From: Mytilus californianus
Taxonomy: Eukaryota
NCBI RefSeq assembly: GCF_021869535.1
Contig: NW_026262581.1
Coordinates: 132,990,001-133,054,000, forward strand
Reading direction: 5' to 3'
DNA length: 64,000 nucleotides
Shown here: positions 39,501-51,900 of the stretch, piece by piece
Numbering within the stretch: position 1 is the stretch's first letter
Layout of the letters: the number at the start of each line of letters is the position of its first letter
The notes under the pieces: model-generated
What the model was told of the DNA's origin: nothing
What the model saw: only the letters and a program-made list of their open reading frames with translations
The model's database searches: none
Program-made: the position numbers and the translations under genes

Positions 39501-42500
39501 AATACACATAAAATATATTCCATGAAACAAATCCCACAAACACCTAGACAGGTGCAAATACACACAAGATATATACAATGAAACAAATCACAAACACCTA
39601 GACAGGTACACACATAAGATATATACCATGAGGCAAATCACACAAACACCTACACAGGTACAAATACACATAAGATATATTCCATGAAACAAATCCCACA
39701 AACACCTAGACAGGTACAAATACACACAAGATATATACACTGAAACAAATCACAAACACCTAGACAGGTACACACATAAGATATATACCATGAGGCAAAT
39801 CACACAAACACCTAAACAGGTACAAATACACATAAGATATATACCATGAAACAAATCACACAAACACCTAGACAGGTACAAATACACACAAGATATATAC
39901 CATGAAACAAATCACACAAACACCTAAACAGGTACAAATACACATAAGATATATACCATGAAACAAATCACACAAACACCTAAACAGGTACAAATACACA
40001 TAAGATATATACCATGAAACAAATCACACAAACACCTAAACAGGTACAAATACACATAAGATATATACCATGAAACAAATCACACAAACACCTAGACAGG
40101 TACAATACATATAAGATATATACCATGAGGCAAATCACACAAACACCTAGAAAGGTACAAATACACATAAGATATATACCATGAAACAAATCACACAAAC
40201 ACCTGGACAGGTACAAATACATAAGATATAAACCATGAGGCAAATCACACAAACACCTAGAAAGGTACAAATACACATAAGATATATACCATGAAACAAA
40301 TCACACAAATACCTAGACAGGTACAAATACACATAAAATATATTCCATGAAACAAATCCCACAAACACCTAGACAGGTACAAATACACACAAGATATATA
40401 CAATGAAACAAATCACAAACACCTAGACAGGTACACACATAAGATATATACCATGAGGAAAATCACACAAACACCTAGAAAGATACTTATACACATAAGA
40501 TGTATAACATGAGACAAATCACAAACACCTAGACAGGTACAATACACATAAGATGTATACCATGAAACAAATCACACAAACACCTAGAAAGATACAAATA
40601 CACATAAGATATATTCCATGAAACAAATCCCACAAACAGGGTTTATTTTATACAAGAAATGTTGAGATATATATGGATAAACAAAAGATATATACCATGA
40701 GACAAATCACAAACACCTAGACAGGTACACACATAAGATATAAACCAAGAGACAAATCACACAAACACCTAGACAGGTACACACATAAGATATATACCAT
40801 GAGACAAATCACACAAACATCTAGACAGCCACACACATAAGATATATACCATGAGACAAATCACACAAACACCTAGACCAGTACAAATAAACAAAAGATA
40901 TCTACCATGAGGCAAATCACAAATACCTGGACAGGTACAAATACACATAAGGTATATACCATGAAACAAATCACACAAACACCTAGACAGGTACAATACA
41001 CATAAGATAAATTCCATGAAACAAATCACACAAACACCTAGAAAGATACAAATACACATAAGATATATACAATGAAACAAATCACAAACACCTAGACAGG
41101 TACAAATACACGTAAGATATATTCCATGAAACAAATCCCACAAACACCTAGACAGGTACAAATACACAAGATATATACAATGAAACAAATCACAAACACC
41201 TAGACAGGTACACACATAAGATATATACCATGAAGCAAATCACACAAACACCTAGACAGGTACAAATACACATAAGATATATACCATGAAACAAATCCTG
41301 CAAACACCTAGACAGGTACAATACACATAAGATATATACCATGAGGCAAATCACACAAACACCTAGAGAGGTACAATACACATAAGATATATACCATGAG
41401 ACAAATCACAAACACCTAGACAGGTACACACATAAGATATATACCATGAGGCAAATCACACAAACACCTAGACAGGTACAAATACATATAAGATATATTC
41501 CATGAAACAAATCCCACAAACACCTAGACAGGTACAAATACACACAAGATATATACAATGAAACAAATCACAAACACCTAGACAGGTACACACATAAGAT
41601 ATATACCATGAGACAAATCACACAAACACCTAGACAGGTACAAATTCACACAAGATATATACAATGAAAAAAAATCACAAACACCTAGACAGGTACACGC
41701 ATAAGATATATACCATGAGACAAATCACACAAACACATAGACATGTACAAATACACATAAGATATATACCATGAAACAAATCACACAAACACCTAGACAG
41801 GTACAATACACATAAGATATATTCCATGAAACAAATCCCACAAACACCTAGACAGGTACAAATACACACAAGATATATACCATGAGACAAATCACAAACA
41901 CCTAGACAGGTACACACATAAGATTTATACCATGAGACAAATCACATAAACACTAGACAGGAACAAATACACATAAGATATATACCATGAAACAAATCAC
42001 ACAAACACCTAGACAGGTACAAATACACATAAGATATATACCATGAAACAAATCACACAAACACCTAGACAGGTACAATACACATAAGATATATACCATG
42101 AAACAAATCACACAAACACCTAGACAGGTACAATACACATAAGATATATACCATGAGGCAAATCAAACAAGCACCTAGAAAGGTACAAATACACATAAGA
42201 TATATACCATGAAACAAATCACACAAATACCTAGACAGGTACAAATACACATAAGATGTATAACACGAGACAAATCACAAACACCTAGACAGGTACAATA
42301 CACATAAGATATATACCATGAGGCAAATCACACAAACACCTAGAAAGGTACAAATACACATAAGATGTATACCATGAGACAAATCACAAACACCTAGACA
42401 GGTACAATACACATAAGATAAATACCATGAAACAAATCACACAAACACCTAGAAAGATACAAATACACATAAGATATATACAATGAAACAAATCACAAAC

Positions 42501-43841
42501 ACCTAGACAGGTACAAATACACATAAGATATATTCCATGAAACAAATCCCACAAACACCTAGACAGGTACAAATACACACAAGATATATACACTGAAACA
42601 AATCACAAACACCTAGACAGGTACACACATAAGATATATACCATGAGGCAAATCACACAAACACCTACACAGGTACAAATACACATAAGATATATACCAT
42701 GAAACAAATCACACAAATACCTAGACAGGTACAAATACATAAGATATAAACCATGAGGCAAATCACACAAACACCTAGAAAGGTACAAATACACATAAGA
42801 TATATACCATGAAACAAATCACACAAATACCTAGACAGGTACAAATACACATAAAATATATTCCATGAAACAAATCCCACAAACACCTAGACAGGTACAA
42901 ATACACACAAGATATATACAATGAAACAAATCACAAACACCTAGACAGGTACACACATAAGATATATACCATGAGGCAAATCACACAAACACCTAGAAAG
43001 ATACTTATACACATAAGATGTATAACACGAGACAAATCACAAACACCTAGACAGGTACAATACACATAAGATGTATACCATGAAACAAATCACACAAACA
43101 CCTAGAAAGATACAAATACACATAAGATATATTCCATGAAACAAATCGCACAAACACCTAGAAAGATACAAATACACATACGATTTATTCCATGAAACAA
43201 ATCACACAAACACCTAGACATGTACAAATACACATACGATATATTCCATGAAACAAATCACACAAACACCTAGACAGGTACAATACACATAAGATGTATA
43301 CCATCAAACAAATCACACAAACACCCAGAAAGATACAAATACACATACGATATATTCCATGAAACAAATCACACAAACACCTAGACACGTACAAATACAC
43401 ATACAATATATTCCATGAAACAAATCACACAAACACCTAGACAGGTACAATACACATAAGATAAATTATGATATATACCATGAGGCAAATCACACGAACA
43501 CCGTGACAGGTACAAATAAACAAAAGATATATACCATGAGGCAAATCACACAAACACCTAGACAGGTACAAATAAACAAAAGATATATACCATGAAACAA
43601 ATCACACAAACATCTAGAAAGGTACAAATACACATAAGATATATACCATGAGACAAATCACAAATACCTGGACAGTTACAATACACATAAGATATATAAC
43701 CTAAGGCAAATCACAAACACCTAGACAGGTACAAATACACATAAGATATATACCATGAGACAAATCACACAAACACCTAGACAGGTACAAATAAACAAAA
43801 TATATATACCATGAGGCAAATCACAAACTCCTGGACAGGTC
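27534..43841. repeat. ~16.3 kb satellite array, 56-bp consensus monomer (50-56 bp variants), with multi-kb higher-order duplications
   Basis: Consensus GATATATACCATGAAACAAATCACACAAACACCTAGACAGGTACAAATACACATAA. Identical translated ORFs recur at 1424-bp spacing (27772/29196/30620). Confidence 0.99.
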
Positions 43842-44067
43842 TGCAAATTAACACCTACCAAATCAGTTGTTAGTGGCAATTTTTCTTTACTTGTTTCAAA
43901 ATACCACATATTATTTATTGTAGTAATTAAACCATTTTTTAAGACGTTTCTGCCACTGACCTTTTTCGGTTTCTTTATTATCATTCTTGAAGTTGTCACC
44001 AAGCTGTGACAATTCTTGCTTTACCAAATATAAACAAAAATATTAATGCAATATCCAAGTTGTTGCT

Positions 44068-44521
44068 AATGACCCAAAGATATCATGATCTATGCCTAGG
44101 GTATTATCTGGAATGTCACTGTCTAATGACCCAAAGATGTCATGACCTATGCCTAGGGTATTTTCTGGAATGTCACTGTCTAATGACCCAAAGATGTCAT
44201 GACATATTGCATAGGGTATTTTCTGGAATGTCACTGTCTAATGACCAAAAGATGTCATGACCTATGCCTAGGGTATTTTCTGGAATTTCATGGTCTAATG
44301 ACTCAAAAGATGTCAAGACTATGTCTAGGGTATTATCTGGAATATCACTGTCTAATGACCAAAAGATGTCATGACCTATGCATAGTGTATTATCTGGAAT
44401 TTCAGTCTAATGACCCAAAGATGTCATGACCTATGCCTAGGGTATTATCTGGAATGTCACTGTCTAATGACCCAAATATGTCATGACCTATGCATAGGGT
44501 ATTATCTGGAATGTCACTGTC
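44068..44521. repeat. 57-bp minisatellite, ~8 copies
   Basis: Unit TGACCCAAAGATGTCATGACCTATGCCTAGGGTATTATCTGGAATGTCACTGTCTAA. Confidence 0.95.
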
Positions 44522-45805
44522 AAAGCTATTATATGTATTGAGATGGTGTTTAGGTCATACTTTATAGTTTTATGTTTTGATACAAGTGATATTTCAAAGG
44601 AATGTTGCTCATAGTCAAAGTGTATGTCATGACAAGAACAGCTTTTGGAAGCAAAGGAATTTGATTTTGACAAGATTCATGAATGGAATATCTTATATAA
44701 CTCAAATTTAGGACTATGAAAGGTGCAGCATGTTTACATTGGAAAGTTAAACAATTATATACTAAAAAGTATTGTGCAAAGTCTTTTCACAACTGGATGC
44801 AGAATAAATAAGTCAATATACCATATAAAACTACAATTTTCAGTGCTTTTACCTCTAATAGCTTTGAATCTTAAGCACTATCATAAATCTGATTAAAAAG
44901 TACAGAAAGAGGTTTCCATATGGAAGTATTTTAGGTTTTTTTAATAGATTTTGATTAAAATCTTTCCACAATTTGCTTAATAGTAAACAAGTGAAGTAAA
45001 CAGTGACTGATAAATAGAACATACAATCTGTTTCAAGGCAATCTTAAAATAATACTTCTATAATTAAATTACATGAGGAAAATAAATGTCCCATATTTCT
45101 TCAAAACTCATTTATTAGACATTCATTAACAGGTTTTACATGTCACAAAACTATCTCATTCATAACACAACCATACAACTTCCGTTGATGACATTAATTT
45201 GTTCAAAAATACATTCATGTATACCATTTCAAACTTTGAATGAAATATCAGAGAAGATTACAATTATTTTTACAGTGAAAATCCCCTATCAAAAGATAAA
45301 CAAAAGTTATTTAATAGAAGCAAACGTCTTCAATATTATTGCAATACTTGGTATTTGATAATAAAAATATGTGGCTACAAATACTTTTCAGTTATGGAGT
45401 GACTGACTATGGATTTTGGAATAACTTGCAACATCCTTTTGTCCATCATTTCATGTTTTTAATATGTTTACCTTTTTCAGATCATGTGTAATATTTTGAG
45501 CAATGTTCACCACCTGATCCTTTATAAAGTTAGAAATCATTTAAAAAAATTCCAAGAAATTTTATGGTCATTATGTACACTAGGAACTGACCAACAAAAT
45601 AACAACTCTAAGATAGGGTTTAAATTATATCTAAGGAGTTTCTATGTTATCTTGATTTTTTCAATTTATGTTAATATATATCCAAAAGCATCCCAAAGCC
45701 AATATATAAACTACATGAACTTATTATAAATATTATCTTTTAAATTTAAAACTGTAATAACTTCCCCCTCTCCCCACAAAAAAAAAATAAATATATATAT
45801 ATATA

Positions 45806-46283
45806 TGTTGTGTACAAGATGTAAGTTTGTACAAATTATAATTTGTACAGGGTTTTTGTACAAGTTATAAGTTTTTTGTCACATACTGTTTTGCACCAGG
45901 TGATAAAAGTTTATCTTCTAAAATTTATCAGTTAAATTTCTTAAATTCAAATTAATATACTTCAACCTAACATTTAGAACTATTTTCCTTGTCCTAAAAC
46001 TGGAAACAAGGATTCCTGAATGGTTTAAATTCTTTTTTTATTTTTCTCCTTATACCAAAATTATATCCATAAAAAGTCTTTTTGAGTTCTTATATTTTTT
46101 TTTGTATTAATGCTCAGTATAAAACTGTAGCATTTGGTCATGGAAATATGACAGAAATATGCGAAAAAAAGACTGAGTACTTGTATGATCCATTTGTGTT
46201 AAGCAATTCATAAAACACTGATAACTTGTACAAAAAATCTGCACAAATTATAATTTGTACAACCTTACAATTTGTACACAACA
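45806..46283. mobile_element. 478-bp MITE with ~70-bp TIRs in a (TA)n site, TGT...ACA ends
   Basis: The left TGTTGTGTACAAGATGTAAG-TTTGTACAAATTATAATTTGTACAG...GTACAAGTTAT matches the reverse complement of the right end; TATA on both sides. Confidence 0.78.
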
Positions 46284-47357
46284 TATATATTACATATATA
46301 AAAGTGTGAAAGACATACAATATTACTGTATATTGTATAATATTTAATAAGATGGGAATACATGGATCAAAAATAACTTATCTTAGTCAAGCAGATGCTA
46401 TATCTGGCATCTACTATGAGAAGAAAAACTGACTTTTGTGATTTTGAATGTGGACTATTCTAGGACTTTTCAAAGAAAGTTTAATTCTATATTGTCAAAA
46501 AGATTCAGACATGAAATTTAAAGGCCAACAGATAATCTGGTAGCCATCCTGAATGACAGTCCAGTCTGAAGAATATGGCTTTGATAGTGGAAGTTCAAGG
46601 ACTGTTCCAATAGTTTGGTGCAAATTGGCATAATGGTGTCAGATAAAATTATGAAAATGTGTAATTTTTACTGTCTAAAGGGTAGTGACATATGCCAAAA
46701 AATGGCAACAGCCAACATTTGCCTTTTGGACCAATCAAGCTAAAGGCAATACAAATATAAGTTCACCTATGATACATTTAAACAACAAAAAAACAAATGA
46801 AGTACCAAAATACTAAAAAATGATATTATGATTAAGATTAATTACTTCTTTCATCAGACCATGGGATGGTATCTTCAGTACATCCATCCTAAATACCCAT
46901 TTCTGTATCTTTTTACTTTTCAATACTATAAAAAGAAATTTCCTGCTTGCAATTTTGGAGTTGCGATGCTTAAAATTTACCTTTATAAATAATGAATAGT
47001 AAGACTGACATGGTTACCTCCCTTTGACAAATAAAACAGGACAAAGACTAATATTGAGCAATGAAAATAATACAATATCAAATATATGACATATTTAAAT
47101 ATTAATAACAAATAAAGAATTACATAACGTGGAAAATAGGATAAGTTGAACATAACTATCAGGACAATGTAATTTGTTTGGTTTCTTTTTATCTTAATCT
47201 TTTTGAGAGGGGATATTTCATAGATATGAATAGCATATAATTCTATTATTCATTCACCATTTATTTGGCTTCTGCAAATTTAAATTACTTAAACGTGCCA
47301 TTTCACACCTAGATCCTGATATCCATATCAGATTTAGCTTTTAACGTCAAGATATGT

Positions 47358-47550
47358 TAGGGTCTGGATAGGGTTTACAGAATAGAAAATAATGGCAAAT
47401 AGTTCAAAATGAAAGGCAAAATTTATAAAAAATATAGAAAAATAGGCAAAAAAATAGAGAATATAATGGGGTACTTAAATATAAAGAATAGAGAAAATGT
47501 TCTAAAAAGTTAAAGAATAAAGAAATGAAGGTCTCCCCATCCAGACCCTC
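47358..47550. mobile_element. ~193-bp MITE with 15-bp TIRs
   Basis: AGGGTCTGGATAGGG (47359-47373) / CCCCATCCAGACCCT (47535-47549); ATATGT on both flanks. Confidence 0.62.
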
Positions 47551-48719
47551 ATATGTCTTTGATTAATGAAGTACAGATAACAAGAAATATAAAAAGAATA
47601 AAACAAAGTGTGAATAAAAAGACTTCCAATGTTGTTCAAGGAATTTTTGTGTGTCATAAAGTATATTTAGCGCATAAGTCAGGGACCAACCTAAAAAGAG
47701 ATAAAAGTTTAAAATAATTTTGTAAGCCATTGTGGGAATCAGCAAATGAGAAAAAAGGAAAAAAACAAGGAGTATATATTAAAGTGATTTTCCTCCTAAG
47801 ATTGTGCATTCTGATATTTTTTTTAAATACAGGAGGGAAAAATGTAACATAAAATAATGTCCCCCATGAAATATTGTCTGCCAGATAAAATTTCATAGAA
47901 AATAATGTCTGCATACAATATTTTATAATGAAATATTGTCCAGGACAATATTTCATTATGAAATAGTGTCCCTCTTTATAAAATTGTGTCAGGTTCTTTG
48001 GGTCAATTTTTCTCGGAAAAATAATGTCCCTGACAATAATATTTAAATGTGCCCATGAAAATATTTCTTATAAAATTAAGTCTTCCCTGAGGAATCTTCT
48101 CCATGAAATTAAAAGAGTATTTCTGGAATCTTTGAGATATTGTTTTTAAAAAGTATGTGTGTACACTTGAAAGGCTACATCAAAAAATTCTCATCTATAG
48201 TACACAAGCATGAAGTATGCACATTTTTATATTCATAACTGAAAGGCAAGTATTCTATATATATATCAAACAAACATATTTTATCAGAAGCTAATTTAAA
48301 AATTTGCATTTATAAATGATTATTAAAGTCAAATGTGTTAATAGTACCATATTACACTGTTTAAATTCCTTGTATAAGTAATGTACTGACAATCACTTAT
48401 AATATATGTCTGTTATTATCAATAAAATAAAACACTTTATCATATCATTTTCCAAAAATATTTTTACACAAAATATAACTCTGGATTACCTCCCCTTAAT
48501 GAGACAAAATTTCATTACTTTGATCTATCAATCTATGAAATATTTTCCAAAATAGACAAAATTTCATATTTCTTTTTTTTCATAGATACGGACAAAATAT
48601 CATGATATATAATCATGAAGTATTGTCTTGGTGGACAATGTTTCATAGGACAATATTTTGCTTTACAAAAATACAGGATTGGTAAAAATATTCCTAGTTA
48701 TCTCCCTTCCATTGCAATT

Positions 48720-48995
48720 TTAGTTCACCCCTGCTGCTCTATTCTGAACAAACTGTCGATATATCAATGTCACATAAATAGCTAGCAATAAAATAATGAA
48801 GAAATCATCAAGAAATCCTAAGACACCAAACACAGCTTCTGGTATTATGTCTAACGGTGAAATAAAATAAAGTAAGGCAGCAAGAAAACACACAATCACA
48901 CGTAAACGAAACATCCAAATTAATCCTCCAACTGTGAAAAATTCATTGTAAGTATGTCTAAGTAATGTTGGCAGGTCTCTTATATAGTCCATCAG
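48720..48995 (-). CDS. RNF170: RNF170 terminal coding exon
   Basis: tttcag|CTG ATG GAC TAT...AAC TAA; encodes [14 protein letters not shown]...[22 protein letters not shown]...RAAGVN*. Confidence 0.94.
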   Translation of the reverse strand: MMDYIRDLPTLLRHTYNEFFTVGGLIWMFRLRVIVCFLAALLYFISPLDIIPEAVFGVLGFLDDFFIILLLAIYVTLIYRQFVQNRAAGVN

Positions 48996-51900
48996 CTGAA
49001 AATAGAATAGTAAAATCATATTATTCTGGGTATGGCTCTGTTGAGAAGAGAGATTATAAATATACAGTAAAATCATCAATAACATTTATTTACTCTAGAT
49101 TCTAATGCTTTTGATTTTAAGAAAATATTTCATTTCCTGGTCCTTTGATGGATTTAAACTTCTAGACTAATGCATTAACCAGTGATTTTCACTCAATTTG
49201 AACTTTTAACTAACTAAATAAAGACTTAAACTAAGAGTTACTTCCACTTACAGGGCGAGGAGCACCAGAAAATCGTCTGTTATATTCATTAACTCTTGTT
49301 GAAACATTTCTCTTTTCTTCTGTTTGGTTATTAATTTCTTCTGGTGTAAAATTCACCAGCAGAAGTGTTACCTGAAAATATATTAACCAATAAAACTCTC
49401 AAAGGTTCATCAATTTGACAACATTCTTCAGAACAAAAAGGTATATATATGGGCTTAACTTCATCTGTTAATTCAACAATTTTGTTTTTAAATTGTGTGA
49501 TGCAATATTCATCAAATACATGAATTTTTCTGACTGGAACACATGTATAATTCAAATATTCATATGTGAGTTCAACTAGTCATTCAGAAAATTTGATGCA
49601 AAAATGTATGAGAGCATGTGTCTCAACAAAGTGGTTAGAGTATGTACTTGTCCTTGACCTTTCGTCCCAAAAATCAACAGAGATTTTGAATGTCATCTGA
49701 CACAGCACTTATGAAATTAGATATTTACATACAATAGACCAACTGTTTTGAGTTATTATTGTTAGTGAATGGAAGGAATAAGAGTGGTTACTATAATACC
49801 TAAGCCCGTAGAAGATAAGACAAGAACAAAATACACTGTTACTTATATCCACTTCATTTGGACTAATTTGTTAAATAGTTGTCTCATTGGCAATCATACC
49901 ATATATCCTTATTCTATATCTAAAGTGGTTCACAAATCTGAATTTTAAAAACATTTTAATTTAGAATCAGATGCTTCTGTTTGTAGTTTTATTTGGGTTT
50001 AGGCTTGCAATGATCCCATATACCAAATATTGTTTTTCTATTACTCATAATATGTTAAGTGAGAAATTCACACTACAGTTTTTATAAGCAGTTCTGAACC
50101 ATGAAAATGGGGTCAAGGGCAATGGACATATGATGGATGGAAACCTCACAACATAAGCCATCTGTATACAATGTATGAATCATCCAGGTCTTCTACATCT
50201 GAAATATAAAGCTTTATACCACTAGTTTACACTGTCGCCATGCCAGATAAGTATTCCTATGACTCACATTTTTTAATAAAGTTAAACAATCAGTGACCAG
50301 TATCTCTCCTGAATATGCAAGAAATATTAAATGATATGTCTTTAGCAAACACAATCAACCAATCTACCTAAAGGTGAGAAGGATCACTGAGGAAGTTCTA
50401 ATCTAAAGATGAAACATTTGTCCATTCAAATTTTACTTGAGAGAATAGAGTTTTCAGCTAAAGATAAGAGAAGACCTTTTGTCTATAGAAAAAAGTATTT
50501 TGACCATTCAGGGTTTAAACAAAAGAATCAGGAACCTTTATCCTTAAGGTGAAACCTTGAACTTCATTCAGATCTTAATTTTAGAGATAGGAACCTTTAA
50601 CCTTAAGGTAAAGCCTTGGTCTTTATTCAGATTTTAATTTTAGAGTTAAAATATAGGTTAGAAAGTCTTTGACCTTTAACCTAAAGTAAGGAGAATTAGA
50701 GACTATTTAATCTAATCCTTGTGTTTTAGCAGAATTAAAATTGAGTTTGTGTATCAAGTTTATCAAAGAGCTTTAAAAAAGTAAACAGCCATGAGCCATT
50801 ATGGAATAAAATGATTGTTTACCTGCTGCCTACAGACAGGACAAGCTATAGCTCCCAACCATCTACTACCATGCTGCCAATAAGTTACTATACAACGACC
50901 TGAAAATAATAAAACACAATTCATGTCAAATATCACTTATTTCCTGATCACCTTGGTAGTGAGCATAATATTGGTCAAACATATATCCTCAACCAAGTTT
51001 GGGAAGAATTAAGTCATGTTTCATAAAACAGTTTCCACAGAGGAAAACAGATTACTGTATATTGGGTTATTTCTGTGTCAGGTTTTGTTTGTTGTTTGAG
51101 CAGTTTTTTGTTTTGCAATTTACAGACTTGTTCTATGCATTTAAAGGGACAGTGAAATTTGTGAATTTTGAAGTAACACGAACAAAGTGAAAATCAGACT
51201 CACACAAAAATTTCTAAAAGTAGAGTATGTATAAGTAGCTCATGTCTTTTTATTCCTGTACACTAATTGTTTTGTTATACAACAAAGTACAGATCTTGTT
51301 AAAGAACTTTAAGTGAGCAAGCTTTCATGCCCCTTGCTCCCATGTAAATTTTAATCTTTTATAGTAACATAATTTCACACACTTCTGTTCTTACATTTTG
51401 TAGTGAGTTGGCCAAGTGACTTGAAAATCAATAGGGATCTTCCTCTTCACCCTCATATCGTATGTGACCACATATCCAAGTATGGTTGCAATCCCATATA
51501 ATGTGTCCTGAAACTATGTACTTTTCTGCACAAATTTCATTCTTCTTTAAGAAACTTTTACCTTGACCTAAGACAAATTAATATCAAAATCAATAGGGAT
51601 CTTTCTAATTAAACGTGACCATGTAACCCAGAAAACTTGCAATCCCATATGCAGTATTTGACTAAGCATCTGGATTCACTTCTGTCTATTTTTAATAACT
51701 ATGACCTTTACCTTTGAGGATATTGACCACACAATGGATAGAGATATATATGTGACAATATATCCAAGTAAGGTTGCAATCCCATGTGTAGTATTTGATT
51801 TAGCATCCAGAAACAACTTTTTTGAACACATTTCAGTATACTTTTAGTAACATAGACCTTGACCTTTTACATGGTGACCTCAAAATCAATAGGGATCTTC

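Noticed and set aside
27772-43406. Dozens of Cys-rich minus-strand ORFs (CICTCLGVCDLFHGIYLM...) resembling metallothionein or keratin-associated proteins
   Set aside because: They are translations of the TG-rich satellite strand: fragmented, frame-switching with monomer length, and without splice structure or a consistent start.
27534-43841. CRISPR-like repeat/spacer array
   Set aside because: Monomers are contiguous with no unique spacers, there are no cas genes, and the context is eukaryotic and intron-containing.
27440-43900. The 16-kb array as the expanded core of a HINE element
   Set aside because: No subTIR, terminal hairpin or GAC microsatellite was seen at either flank.
43890-44030. 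Minus-strand frame ...ELSQLGDNFKNDNKETEKGQWQKRLKKWFNYYNK* that looks like a terminal exon
   Set aside because: Only ~45 codons, with no recognisable homology and no partner exons found; a tBLASTn or RNA-seq hit would be needed.
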